Positions 40,906 through 51,828 of a stretch of DNA of 64,000 nt are shown here, piece by piece. Source of the stretch: an uncultured Clostridia bacterium (GTDB lineage Bacteria; Bacillota; Clostridia; Oscillospirales; CAG-272); assembly GCA_948466345.1 (NCBI GenBank), contig CAOKAC010000005.1, positions 8,406 to 72,405 of the forward strand, given 5' to 3'. The position numbers were made by a program, and so were the translations under genes. The notes below the pieces were generated by a model. The model ran no database searches. It saw only the letters and a list, made by a program, of their open reading frames with translations, and was not told the origin of the DNA. Position 1 is the stretch's first letter. Each line of letters begins with the position of its first letter.

Positions 40906-41852
40906 TAGTCAAAATAGGTTTCTATCACTTTGCCGCATTCCTTTGGTGAATACTGCCAGTAGGACATATGCTGTGTCCTTTCCGTATCTACATAATACTG
41001 TAGGGGCATTTTCTTTGTAGCGGTATGGCTGTCGATGAGCACCAGCTTGATTTTCATCCGTTCCGGAATAATATTTTTTATGTATACGGAACAGCAGTCT
41101 CCTGGAGACACATTCTCCCGCAGTTCTGCCAGTCCCGCAAGATTTGGTGAAAGTTCCACGAAAATTCCATAGTCTTCAATGCTGCGTACAATTCCGGACA
41201 CGGTGCTGCATGGGGAAAACGCCGCTGCGTTTTCTTCCCATGTTCCAAGAAGCTCCCGCAGGGTCATATATATCCGGCCTGTTTCCCGATCAACGCTTTT
41301 TACGACAGACATGATTTTCTGCCCTGCATGCAATCGGTCAGAGGGATGGAAGATTCGGGAAACGGAGATACAGTCGACGCAGATCAGGGATACGATTCCG
41401 CAGCCGATATCTACAAAGGCGCCGAAGGGATCCAGATGTGTGACGGCGGCGGGGATGATATCGCCGGGAGTTAGTTTTTTGATAAACTGCTGGCTGCATT
41501 CTTCCTGGGCGGCCCGTCTGGACAGAATTGCTGTCGGTTTTCCCCGGGTGTCCTGGATTTTCAAGACCTTGAAGCACACCGGTTTTCCTACCCGGGTAAT
41601 TACGGCGATGTCCTTGCCTCCTTCAGGAGAGTACAGCGCTTCTTCCTTTGGAATGATTCCCTGGGCGAAGCCTAAGTCAACATGCAGGCTCATATCCGTA
41701 CAGTCACATACAGTGGCCACCGCTTCCAGAATCCGCCCCTGCCGCATAGCTCTCTCCAGCATACGTAGGGAAGAAGTGTACAGGATATTTGCGTCCGTGT
41801 CGATCAGAGACCCCTCGGGGAGATAGAGATTTTCGTGTTTTTGCCGTTCCAT
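40905..41852 (-). CDS. S1 RNA-binding domain-containing protein
   Basis: Several S1-like OB repeats (G.I..V..FGAFVDIG, GIVRSIEDYGIFVEL). The ATG at 41852 follows GGAAAGGAAAA. Confidence 0.75.
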   Translation of the reverse strand: MERQKHENLYLPEGSLIDTDANILYTSSLRMLERAMRQGRILEAVATVCDCTDMSLHVDLGFAQGIIPKEEALYSPEGGKDIAVITRVGKPVCFKVLKIQDTRGKPTAILSRRAAQEECSQQFIKKLTPGDIIPAAVTHLDPFGAFVDIGCGIVSLICVDCISVSRIFHPSDRLHAGQKIMSVVKSVDRETGRIYMTLRELLGTWEENAAAFSPCSTVSGIVRSIEDYGIFVELSPNLAGLAELRENVSPGDCCSVYIKNIIPERMKIKLVLIDSHTATKKMPLQYYVDTERTQHMSYWQYSPKECGKVIETYFD

Positions 41853-41954
41853 ATTGTTTTCCTTTCCGTTTTCTATATCGCTTGTACGATACATTTTATG
41901 AAGGGATTTTGGGAATTATAACCGTATATAAAACAAAGCGTTTGGAGATATGCA

Positions 41955-42824
41955 ATGAAGCTGAAAAAAGAAACGATTTTCCCGCGGTTGCGGGAGTTTG
42001 CTATAGAGACGGCTATTTTGCTGGTAGGCAGTATTATGTTTGGTCTTTCTGTAAATTTATTTATTGAACCGGGACAGATTACTATGAGCGGGTTTACGGG
42101 TGTTTCAACGACGATCAATCATTTTTTTGATACCCCTGTCGGCATTATGATGATTTTTTTGAATTTGCCGCTGTTATTTTTAGAGTGGCGCCGTGCCGGC
42201 GGCGTGGGTGTACTTCGTACGGGAATCGGTATTTTATTTACTTCGTTTGCAGTGGACGGCCTGTCTTTTATTCGCTCTGATTTTACGGATCCGCTTTTGT
42301 GCGCAGTATTCGGCGGACTGATTATGGGAGCCGGTGGAGGGCTGCTGCTGACTCGAGGATATACCACAGGTGGATCGGATCTGTGCGCTTTTCTTCTGAC
42401 CCGTAAGTTTCGTCGGCTGACTACAGGACGCGTCATTCTGCTTATCGACGTGGCGATTGTAGTGGGTTCCTCCGCTCTTATGCTCCGATGGACGGGATTG
42501 CTCTATTCCTTTGTAGCAGTGTGGTGCTATACTACAGCCTTTGACCGTGTACTGGAGGGCTTTGGCGGAGCAAAGCTGGTGATGATTATTTCAGACAAAT
42601 ATGAGGAGATTGCCCTGCAGATATCAGAGCAGATGCGGCGGGGCGTGACATTACTGTATGGCGCCGGATGGTATACAAAGACGCAGCGAAATATTTTGCT
42701 ATGTGTAATCAAGCGCAGCGAGCAATATGCCCTGACAAATCTGGCCCGTCGGGCTGATCCGGGGGCATTTGTGATCCTTTCTAATGCAGCAGAGGTGCTT
42801 GGGCAGGGGTTTGAGGAGGACTGA
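41955..42824 (+). CDS. YitT family membrane protein (DUF2179 C-terminal domain)
   Basis: Polytopic N-terminal half with GGTTGGSD, plus a soluble C-terminal domain with RGVT..YGAGWYT. Confidence 0.75.
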   Translation: MKLKKETIFPRLREFAIETAILLVGSIMFGLSVNLFIEPGQITMSGFTGVSTTINHFFDTPVGIMMIFLNLPLLFLEWRRAGGVGVLRTGIGILFTSFAVDGLSFIRSDFTDPLLCAVFGGLIMGAGGGLLLTRGYTTGGSDLCAFLLTRKFRRLTTGRVILLIDVAIVVGSSALMLRWTGLLYSFVAVWCYTTAFDRVLEGFGGAKLVMIISDKYEEIALQISEQMRRGVTLLYGAGWYTKTQRNILLCVIKRSEQYALTNLARRADPGAFVILSNAAEVLGQGFEED

Positions 42825-42921
42825 TGGTAAAATAAATGCAGGCACGTTATTGAAAACAGGAGGGAAATGCTGTATACTATAATAAAAACTTTAATACTAC
42901 CCGAAAGGATTAATATAGATA

Positions 42922-44118
42922 ATGGAATACTACTTCTCAGACAAGCTTGGAAAACTGAAGCCCTCTGCAATCCGGGAAATTTTTAAAAGTCTGTCGGATC
43001 CGAGCATCATCAGCTTTGCCGCCGGCAATCCCTCCCCCCTTTCTTTTCCTATTTCCGATATGGCACAGATTTCGGCAGATATTTTTGCGAATGCCCCTGT
43101 GGAGGCCCTTCAGTATAGTGTAACAGAAGGATATCCGCCGCTGCGCGGCGCAGTGGAAGCCCGCATGCGGGAGAGATTCTCCATTGGCAGAGAGGGCGAC
43201 ATGACGATCATTACTTCCGGCGGTCAGCAGGGTATTGAGCTTGCCTGTAAGGCTTTGTGCAACGAAGGAGATGTGGTAATTTGTGAGGAACCCTCCTTTA
43301 TCGGCGCGTTAAATGCATTCCGCTCCTGCGGTGCAAAAACGGTGGGATTGCCTATTGAAGGAGACGGCATCGATCCTAATAAGCTGGAAGCGTTGCTGGA
43401 GCGCACTCCGAAGGCGAAGCTGGTATATCTGATCCCCACATTCCAGAATCCTGGCGGAACGACCATGGGACTGGAAAAAAGAAAGGCTGTCTATGAGATT
43501 TGCCGCCGCCGCGGCATTATAATATTGGAAGACAACCCTTATGGGGAACTCCGTTTTGAGGGAGAAGACCTACCCACTTTAAAAAGCATGGATACAGAGG
43601 GGATCGTCTTGTATTCCTCATCTTTCTCCAAGATTCTTTCTGCTGGGATCCGGTTGGGATATCTTTGCGGGCCAGAGCCTGTGGTGCAGAAAATGGTCGT
43701 TGCAAAGCAAAGCGAAGATGTACATAGCAACATTTTTTTCCAAATGCTTACCTATCGGTATATGACAGAGCGGGATTTGGACGCGCATATTTCCGGAATC
43801 AAAAAATTGTATCGAGAAAAATGTGCGCTAATGCTGGACACGCTGGACCGGAATATGCCAAACTCTGTTACCTACAGTCGCCCCCAGGGAGGACTGTTTA
43901 TATGGATGACGCTGCCTGATTCCATTGATATGATCACCTATGTGCGCGCCGCCCTGGAACAGGGAGTTGCAGTGGTACCCGGCAATACGTTTTTATGTGA
44001 TACGGAGGGCACCATCAATGCGGTACGCCTGAATTATTCCACTCCTTCTGATGAAGATATTGTACGGGGATGTGAAATCCTTGCAAAGGTTGCGCGGGAT
44101 ATGTTGGAGACAAAATAA
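42922..44118 (+). CDS. PLP-dependent class I/II aminotransferase
   Basis: 398 aa. SSSFSKILSAGIRLGY (PLP lysine), NPSP and PTFQNPGG motifs. Confidence 0.8.
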   Translation: MEYYFSDKLGKLKPSAIREIFKSLSDPSIISFAAGNPSPLSFPISDMAQISADIFANAPVEALQYSVTEGYPPLRGAVEARMRERFSIGREGDMTIITSGGQQGIELACKALCNEGDVVICEEPSFIGALNAFRSCGAKTVGLPIEGDGIDPNKLEALLERTPKAKLVYLIPTFQNPGGTTMGLEKRKAVYEICRRRGIIILEDNPYGELRFEGEDLPTLKSMDTEGIVLYSSSFSKILSAGIRLGYLCGPEPVVQKMVVAKQSEDVHSNIFFQMLTYRYMTERDLDAHISGIKKLYREKCALMLDTLDRNMPNSVTYSRPQGGLFIWMTLPDSIDMITYVRAALEQGVAVVPGNTFLCDTEGTINAVRLNYSTPSDEDIVRGCEILAKVARDMLETK

Positions 44119-44150
44119 GCTTACACACCTGCAAAAAGGAGATTCGATTT

Positions 44151-45994
<1,844 letters not shown>

Positions 45995-46007
45995 GGGGGC
46001 TGTGCGC

Positions 46008-47366
46008 ATGCGAGAAATACCCGAAGCATTTTTATCCCGTATGCAGAAACTTTTAGGAGAAGACTACCCGGCTTTTCTCCGGGAGATGGAAAACGCTCCT
46101 GTGCGTGCCCTGCGGGGAAATCCATTGAAATGTGCTGCATTTTCTGCGCCTGCGGATATAGAAACAGAGCCGCTGCCTTTTTTGGGCGGCGGCTATATCT
46201 TCTATTCTGACTCTATTGGCCGGCATCCCCTGCATCATGCGGGCGCTTTTTATGTACAGGACCCATCTGCTATCAGTACGGTTGCTGCCGCTGCATCCGT
46301 ATTGCGGCCGGGTATGCGGGTTTTAGATTTATGCGCGGCTCCCGGCGGCAAATGTACTCAGCTTGCAGGGGCGCTTCATGGAACGGGAATGCTTGTAGCA
46401 AATGAGATTTCCAGGGAGCGGTGCAGAATCCTGCGGCAGAATATAGAACGTATGGGTGTGCAAAACGCAGTCGTCACATCATTGGATTCAGAAAAGATTT
46501 TGGCGTATTACCCTGCCTTTTTTGATTTTGTCCTGGTAGACGCCCCTTGCAGCGGGGAAGGAATGTTTCGTAAATACCCCGAGGCGGTGGAGGAATGGAG
46601 TGAGGATAACGTGGCCATGTGCGCCAGCCGACAGAGGAAGATTTTGGATGATGCTGCAGGTGTTGTTGCAGGCGGCGGGTATTTACTTTATTCTACCTGC
46701 ACTTTTTCCCTAGAAGAAAATGAACAGATGATCTGTTGTTTTTTGGAAACACATCCAGAATTTTCACTCCTTCCTGTGTCGGCAGAGGTAGCCGCCGTGA
46801 CTGCGGCCGGCATATCTGTTGGAGGACGAAATTTATCGGCGGCAAGGCGATTTTATCCCCACTTGACTTCTGGAGAGGGACAGTTTATGTGTTTGTTGCA
46901 GAAAGACGAAGGGCTGCGAGGCAATGCACAGTTTCAGGATACATTGCGGCCGCTCACGAAAGAGGAAGAAAAGGCTATACAGGTATTTTTTTCAAACACG
47001 CTTGGATATACACCGCCGCGTCTGGCGGGTCTGCGGGATGATGTGATGTGGCTTTCTAATGAAATAGATGGATGTCCATCGGGGGCATTTTGCTGCTGCG
47101 TGCCAGTTGGCAGCGTTACGAAGGGAAGACTGGTGCCGCACCATCATCTATTCAGTGCCCACGGCGGCGAATTTTTACGCAAAGTAGACTTGCCGGCGCA
47201 TTCTCCTCAGTGCGGTGCGTATTTACGGGGGGAAGGATTTGTGTGGGACGATGGGGCCGACAATGGTTGGTGTGCCGTACATATTGACGGGATTCCCTGC
47301 GGTGGAGGAAAAATCGTAGATGGATATGTAAAAAATCATTATCCCAAAGGGCTGCGAATAAAATAA
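46008..47366 (+). CDS. RsmF/RsmB-type rRNA cytosine-C5 methyltransferase (NOL1/NOP2/Sun family)
   Basis: DLCAAPGGKCTQ and DAPCSGEGMFRK motifs. The ATG at 46008 follows AAGGGGG. Confidence 0.85.
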   Translation: MREIPEAFLSRMQKLLGEDYPAFLREMENAPVRALRGNPLKCAAFSAPADIETEPLPFLGGGYIFYSDSIGRHPLHHAGAFYVQDPSAISTVAAAASVLRPGMRVLDLCAAPGGKCTQLAGALHGTGMLVANEISRERCRILRQNIERMGVQNAVVTSLDSEKILAYYPAFFDFVLVDAPCSGEGMFRKYPEAVEEWSEDNVAMCASRQRKILDDAAGVVAGGGYLLYSTCTFSLEENEQMICCFLETHPEFSLLPVSAEVAAVTAAGISVGGRNLSAARRFYPHLTSGEGQFMCLLQKDEGLRGNAQFQDTLRPLTKEEEKAIQVFFSNTLGYTPPRLAGLRDDVMWLSNEIDGCPSGAFCCCVPVGSVTKGRLVPHHHLFSAHGGEFLRKVDLPAHSPQCGAYLRGEGFVWDDGADNGWCAVHIDGIPCGGGKIVDGYVKNHYPKGLRIK

Positions 47367-47378
47367 AAGAATCCCCGG
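47361..47378. repeat. left arm of a split 18-bp perfect inverted repeat (ancestral terminator stem)
   Basis: aaataaaagaatccccgg is the exact reverse complement of 51811..51828. It includes the rsmF-like stop codon. Confidence 0.85.
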
Positions 47379-47386
47379 ATTTAGCC

Positions 47387-47403
47387 GAGGTGCGATAACG
47401 AAG
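47387..47403. repeat. left terminal inverted repeat of the insertion
   Basis: gaggtgcgataacgaag matches the reverse complement of 51787..51803 (gaggtgccgtaacgaag) at 15 of 17 positions. Confidence 0.7.
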
Positions 47404-47456
47404 TATTTATGTAGAGTGGCGGCGCAGCTGAAGGGCTGTGCCGCCGTTTTGCGTTG

Positions 47457-47612
47457 TCAGGCTGTTTTCTTTTTTCGGTTTTGCATACCAATCCCGCCGT
47501 CAAGGGCAACGCAGTCCTCATCGGCAATATTGATAATACCCGCAGCCTTGTAGTAAATCTCAATCTTTTGTTTTCTGTGTCCGCTGCTCTTGTCGGGAGT
47601 GTGGACTATATA
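47457..47612 (-). pseudogene. 3'-terminal remnant (~51 codons) of a large serine recombinase (DUF4368-type tail)
   Basis: The frame reads YIVHTPDKSSGHRKQKIEIYYKAAGIINIADEDCVALDGG.., which resembles the remembered C-terminal DUF4368 region of TnpX/TndX-like recombinases. No catalytic domain is present anywhere in the window. Confidence 0.5.
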
Positions 47613-47662
47613 TCAGCAGGTATCAATCCTTTAGAATTAGCCATATAGCACCTCCTAACTCA

Positions 47663-50600
47663 TCAAGATTTTAATTTTTCAAAAAGTTTTTTAAGTTTGT
47701 TGGGCGTTATAGTTTCGGCATAATGTATACCTTCATAAGTAGGATGAAGTACAGGGTATGTAGGATGTTTTGTCTTTAATATAAAATGGTTTTCGATCAA
47801 CCATTCAATAATGACAATTAAATCATTACGGCGAACTTGTTTAAGTTTTCCATACTCTGACAGCTTGTCGAATCTTGCATCTGCAATACGCTTACTGTTT
47901 GCTCCACGAAGTACATCTGCTAAAATGTTTATGCCATAATACCTCTTTTCGCTGATGAGAGAGAGACATTGTAAGACAGTATAAATTATGTCATTTAGAT
48001 CATTTTCCTCAAACATAACCGCTTTAACGCTTGCCTTCTTTATGACCTTGACTTGTTCGTGTTGTGGCTGAGTCGTTGCAACTTGAATTTGTGTCGGTGT
48101 TTTAGCTGTTGCAGATATAAACTCTTTTGCAGGCATTGGTTCGGGATCCATCTTAAGCATTTCGTAATAGTATTTGGGCGTAATAAATCTTCCGCATCCA
48201 GTATTATCTTTTTTATAATTGGTGCAGCCAAGGAAATAGTTATTTTCTTTTCCGGGTTTGACAATAAGATAGCCGTCTCTGCACTGATCACATTTAAGAA
48301 TGGAGAGCTTTCCAGCTTTATACTCATTAGTCATAAATCCACAAATTTCCGGTTCGTTGGTGCAAATAAACAACCGTAATCCATAAGCATTTTTATAGCG
48401 GAATTGCATTGGATAGCCACAAATAGGGCAAATTTTCTTTGCGATATTATTTTGCGGTGGCTCCTCACTCCAATTTCCACGAAGAACAACATTTTTGTAA
48501 TCACGCTTTATTTCAAGCAAAAATTCAGAAGGGTTCTGTTCTGGAGCTATAAAATAAACACGATTTTTAGTTCTTGTCATTGCAACATAAAACAGGCGGC
48601 GTTCTTCTGCATAATCAATGGAGCGATCCCCCTTGATTACAAACGCAAGAACGGGATCATCTTCAATTTTAGAAGGAAAACCGTATGTTTCATTGCGCCC
48701 ATTTACAACAATAACATTATCGTATCCCAAACCTTTTGAAGCATGAGCTGTCATAAATGTGATGTTGAGTTTCGGATATTTTACGCTTTTGAGTTTACTT
48801 CCTCGATCAATGTATTCAAACAAACCTGATTTTTCCAACTTATCGCCATCAAATCCAAACCTGCCGAGTAATAGGATAGAAGAATCCTCGGATTTGCCTT
48901 CCTGTTTGTTAAATTCAATGATTTGTTCAAGAGCAACTTCAACGGCATGTGCAATGGCGTAATTCGCACCACTTTTATTATCAGCATTCAGTTTTTTAGG
49001 ACTTCCATCATATGTGTAGATAATAACAGGATCAACGATATTTTTGGGTGACTTCAGTTCTTTTGAAATTTGTGCTTCGTTTTTCTGAATGAAGTTGCCG
49101 GCAATATCAATTACTTCCTGCGAGTTACGATATGTCTTTACGATTTTCAAGAGTTTTGCATAACCCATTTTCTCTTCAAACTTTGTAAAGAGCGTTATGT
49201 CGGATCCACTAAACGCATAAATTGATTGCCAATCATCACCAACTGCAATTATCTTAGCATCGGTAACTTCCGACAAGGCTGTTACTAAATCAAATCTTTG
49301 CCGGGAAATATCTTGATACTCATCTACGATAATATACTTAAAATCAAGTTTCTTTTTCATTTCCTTGACTTCTCGGAGTACCCTTGCAGATTCATTTATC
49401 ATATCCTCAAAGTCAACGGCATTGTTTTCCTTTAGATAACGCTCATATTCCAAATAGCAATCGTTACAAATATCCAAGAATAGCCTTGTGCGTACATTTT
49501 GAGTGGAATAGTACATACGGCTAAATTCATCCGCAGTAAAACCATTTGTTTTGAAGTTGGTAATAAATCGACAAATCAGATTGACAAGTTTTCTTATGTA
49601 ACGGTTTTCTTCGGTAGATATAAGTTTTTCCATTACCTCTTTGTTTGAACGAGGATATAGCTCAAAACCGTTATTCTCCAGTTCCTCTTGTAAATGCTCT
49701 AAAAGAGATCTTCGGTCGGAATACTGTGAGAAAGTATAGATAAGTTTTGTGCCGTGCTGCCTATGCAGATTGATTTTGTCATTTATAGCCTTTTTGTATG
49801 CTTCAAGTTGATCGTCGCTAAAGCGATCATTCTTACCATCTTGCGTAATACCGAAATGCTCAATATAGGCGACTTTATCACCCTGCCGAATAATAAAGTC
49901 AGGAGTATATGGCTTTTTGGAAAAGAGAATATCATACTTATACATCGGCTCATATTCATAGTCAATGTTATTTAAGTATAGAAAATTGGCGATCTCCACT
50001 TCTTGATGGGAACGCATTACCTCGCTCTGTATTGTTACAGATTTTTTTGTTCGAGTATCAATTATTTCTTTTTTAAACTCATTGAGATCACTTCGCATTG
50101 TAGAAAAATTTGATTTCGCAATTTTATTGAAGAAACGATTGAGATCTTCACCCTCATACGGAGCGTCAAAATACGAAGCAAAGAATAAAATCAAGTTATT
50201 AACAATGCTTTCGTTTTTTAGAATTGAATTCTTGAAATAATCTTGCAAAACAAAATAGAGCTTTGATGAGTCAACAATGTTGAGTTTTTCAGGTGATTGT
50301 TTTCTAAGTATTGCATTTCCGGTCGAATGAAATGTAGCAATAGGGCAATCAATTGCTAAATCTTTATTGAGTTTGTCTCGAAGTTCTTGAACTGCTTTGT
50401 TAGTGAAAGATACAACGAGAATCTGAGAAGGATCTATCCCTTTTTTTTCGACTAAATATTTAACCTTCGCCGCAACAGTAGTAGTTTTTCCTGCACCCGC
50501 TCCGGCAATGACAAGGCAATAATCCTCGTCGGTCAGAATAACACGACGCTGATCTTCATCCAATTTGATTTGGGGATCGACCTCACGAAGAATATTATCT

Positions 50601-50971
50601 AAATAGTGTTGTTCCTCGTTCATCGCACGGCGTATAAAAGACTCATTATGCTCGTCTACGAGAGTTTCAAAATTTATGTATTTTGATAATGCGCCTTCGA
50701 CAACAGAAAGCGAAAGACCATTGTTTTTGCAGAAAGCATCTAACAATTGGCTGCTTTGAAGCACGCCAAAATACTCAACGGATCTCTTACTGTCAAGCAA
50801 CTTTGCATAATATTCACTTTTTGCAATGTAGCGGTTTTGCGATAATATGGCATCCATATAAACCTTTAAGTCCCACAAACTTTGACACTCTGGACTCTCA
50901 AATGTCATATTGTCCGTGACAATACTCACTGCCGTTTTTTTCTTTTTAAAGAGTTTAGAAAACAATCCCAT
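47663..50971 (-). CDS. helicase IV (HelD)-like SF1 helicase with a Vsr/PD-(D/E)XK-like insert, two topoisomerase-type Cys4 zinc ribbons and a C-terminal winged-helix (RQC/HTH-like) domain
   Basis: Walker A AGAGAGKTTT, motif II VDEYQDIS, and the late helicase motifs TAHASKGLGYD and YVAMTRTK. Insert EVEIANFL..IDYEYE..YTPDF..AYIEHFG. Ribbons CPICG..C and CDQC..C..C. I prefer the ATG at 50971 after GAAAGG. Confidence 0.8.
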   Translation of the reverse strand: MGLFSKLFKKKKTAVSIVTDNMTFESPECQSLWDLKVYMDAILSQNRYIAKSEYYAKLLDSKRSVEYFGVLQSSQLLDAFCKNNGLSLSVVEGALSKYINFETLVDEHNESFIRRAMNEEQHYLDNILREVDPQIKLDEDQRRVILTDEDYCLVIAGAGAGKTTTVAAKVKYLVEKKGIDPSQILVVSFTNKAVQELRDKLNKDLAIDCPIATFHSTGNAILRKQSPEKLNIVDSSKLYFVLQDYFKNSILKNESIVNNLILFFASYFDAPYEGEDLNRFFNKIAKSNFSTMRSDLNEFKKEIIDTRTKKSVTIQSEVMRSHQEVEIANFLYLNNIDYEYEPMYKYDILFSKKPYTPDFIIRQGDKVAYIEHFGITQDGKNDRFSDDQLEAYKKAINDKINLHRQHGTKLIYTFSQYSDRRSLLEHLQEELENNGFELYPRSNKEVMEKLISTEENRYIRKLVNLICRFITNFKTNGFTADEFSRMYYSTQNVRTRLFLDICNDCYLEYERYLKENNAVDFEDMINESARVLREVKEMKKKLDFKYIIVDEYQDISRQRFDLVTALSEVTDAKIIAVGDDWQSIYAFSGSDITLFTKFEEKMGYAKLLKIVKTYRNSQEVIDIAGNFIQKNEAQISKELKSPKNIVDPVIIYTYDGSPKKLNADNKSGANYAIAHAVEVALEQIIEFNKQEGKSEDSSILLLGRFGFDGDKLEKSGLFEYIDRGSKLKSVKYPKLNITFMTAHASKGLGYDNVIVVNGRNETYGFPSKIEDDPVLAFVIKGDRSIDYAEERRLFYVAMTRTKNRVYFIAPEQNPSEFLLEIKRDYKNVVLRGNWSEEPPQNNIAKKICPICGYPMQFRYKNAYGLRLFICTNEPEICGFMTNEYKAGKLSILKCDQCRDGYLIVKPGKENNYFLGCTNYKKDNTGCGRFITPKYYYEMLKMDPEPMPAKEFISATAKTPTQIQVATTQPQHEQVKVIKKASVKAVMFEENDLNDIIYTVLQCLSLISEKRYYGINILADVLRGANSKRIADARFDKLSEYGKLKQVRRNDLIVIIEWLIENHFILKTKHPTYPVLHPTYEGIHYAETITPNKLKKLFEKLKS

Positions 50972-50998
50972 ATATATTGCCTTTCTTCTCAAACAACA

Positions 50999-51181
50999 TC
51001 AGTCAGCGGAAGCTCCGGATTTAATCCAGTTATCCACTTCATCTAACTTGAACTTCCATTGTCTGCCCATTTTATGTGCGGGCATATTTTTGCTATCTAT
51101 CCATTTGAAAACTGTATCTCTGCTTACACCAAGATATTCGCATATTTCTTTTAGGGAATACCATCTATTAGTTATTTCCAC
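50999..51181 (-). CDS. excisionase-family helix-turn-helix DNA-binding protein
   Basis: 60 aa. WYSLKEICEYLGVSRDTVFKWI..MPAHKMGRQWKF is the HTH_17/Xis pattern. GTG start after GAGAGG. A TTGTAT, 17-nt spacer, TATAAT promoter lies upstream. Confidence 0.8.
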   Translation of the reverse strand: MEITNRWYSLKEICEYLGVSRDTVFKWIDSKNMPAHKMGRQWKFKLDEVDNWIKSGASAD

Positions 51182-51292
51182 AATTGTGACCTCTCAAATT
51201 ATAAATGTTAATTCGCTGCTTTTGTATTATATCATAAAACAAGGTTGTATACAATATGATAAAGTCGATTAGGGTAGGTTTAAGAGCTTTAA

Positions 51293-51327
51293 TATAAAAT
51301 TGGCGGCAAGGAGAACTCCTTGCCGCC
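51293..51327 (-). terminator. terminator after tnpV
   Basis: Stem ggcggcaaggag / ctccttgccgcc, followed on the minus strand by aattttat. Confidence 0.65.
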
Positions 51328-51335
51328 GTTCGCTG

Positions 51336-51707
51336 TTAGGTGTAAATTATATCGTGATTTACGATTTCTATGGCTCGACTTCGGATATTATTCATCCGAG
51401 CAACCCAAGTTATTGGATTTTCCGCCTTGAGCTGTTCGGTTATACTTTCACTCTCTGACATCTGTTTTACGAGCCGGAAAAACATATCCTCTGCCTGTTC
51501 GTTTATGTCAGCGAGATAGCTGTTTAACCCACCGCCTGTGAGCAAATTGACATAGAACAGCCGCCTATGCTTTTTAATATACCGCAAGTGCCTTCGTCCC
51601 CATATCCCGATAGGCTTTTCTTCTTTGGTGGGTAAAGAAAGGTCAGGAATAAGATATCCGTTTTCTTTGTGATAAGTTCCGCCCATTTCTTCAAATAATG
51701 ATTTCAT
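51336..51707 (-). CDS. tnpV: transposon-encoded protein TnpV
   Basis: MKSLFEEMGGTYHKENGYLIPDLSLP..EEKPIGIWGRRHLRYIKKHR.. closely matches the remembered TnpV family of clostridial mobile elements. Confidence 0.85.
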   Translation of the reverse strand: MKSLFEEMGGTYHKENGYLIPDLSLPTKEEKPIGIWGRRHLRYIKKHRRLFYVNLLTGGGLNSYLADINEQAEDMFFRLVKQMSESESITEQLKAENPITWVARMNNIRSRAIEIVNHDIIYT

Positions 51708-51786
51708 TGCAGTTTCCTCCAAATTGCAGTTTTAGATTTTTCTGCAATATACCGCACCGATTGTCTTTACCACTTGTTTTCAAAAC

Positions 51787-51803
51787 CTTCGTTACGGCAC
51801 CTC
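51787..51803. repeat. right terminal inverted repeat of the insertion
   Basis: cttcgttacggcacctc. See 47387..47403. Confidence 0.7.
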
Positions 51804-51810
51804 ATTATTA

Positions 51811-51828
51811 CCGGGGATTCTTTTATTT
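51811..51828. repeat. right arm of the split 18-bp inverted repeat
   Basis: ccggggattcttttattt includes the mscS stop codon. Confidence 0.85.

Larger units (their letters stand above)
47379..51810 (-). mobile_element. ~4.4 kb AT-rich integrated element remnant (tnpV, xis-type HTH, helicase IV-like cargo, truncated serine recombinase)
   Basis: It lies exactly between the two arms of the split hairpin and has 17-bp imperfect terminal inverted repeats. Composition is much lower in G+C than both flanks. It carries TnpV and excisionase-family genes. Confidence 0.75.

Noticed and set aside
41179-41826. 215-aa + strand ORF
   Set aside because: It is antisense to the S1-domain gene. The translation is Ser/Arg/Pro-rich and non-protein-like.
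47381-47563. 60-aa minus-strand ORF MRFTTRLRVLSILPMRT...
   Set aside because: It is Arg-rich, starts on TTG and lacks an RBS. It is out of frame with, and overlaps, the more protein-like recombinase C-terminal remnant.
47379-51810. Possibility that the IR-flanked 4.4 kb segment is an invertible (phase-variable) switch
   Set aside because: Both junctions abut the 3' ends of convergent genes, so inversion would not change any promoter-gene relationship. No intact invertase is present. Insertion into a terminator hairpin explains the repeats more simply. Inversion is not formally excluded.
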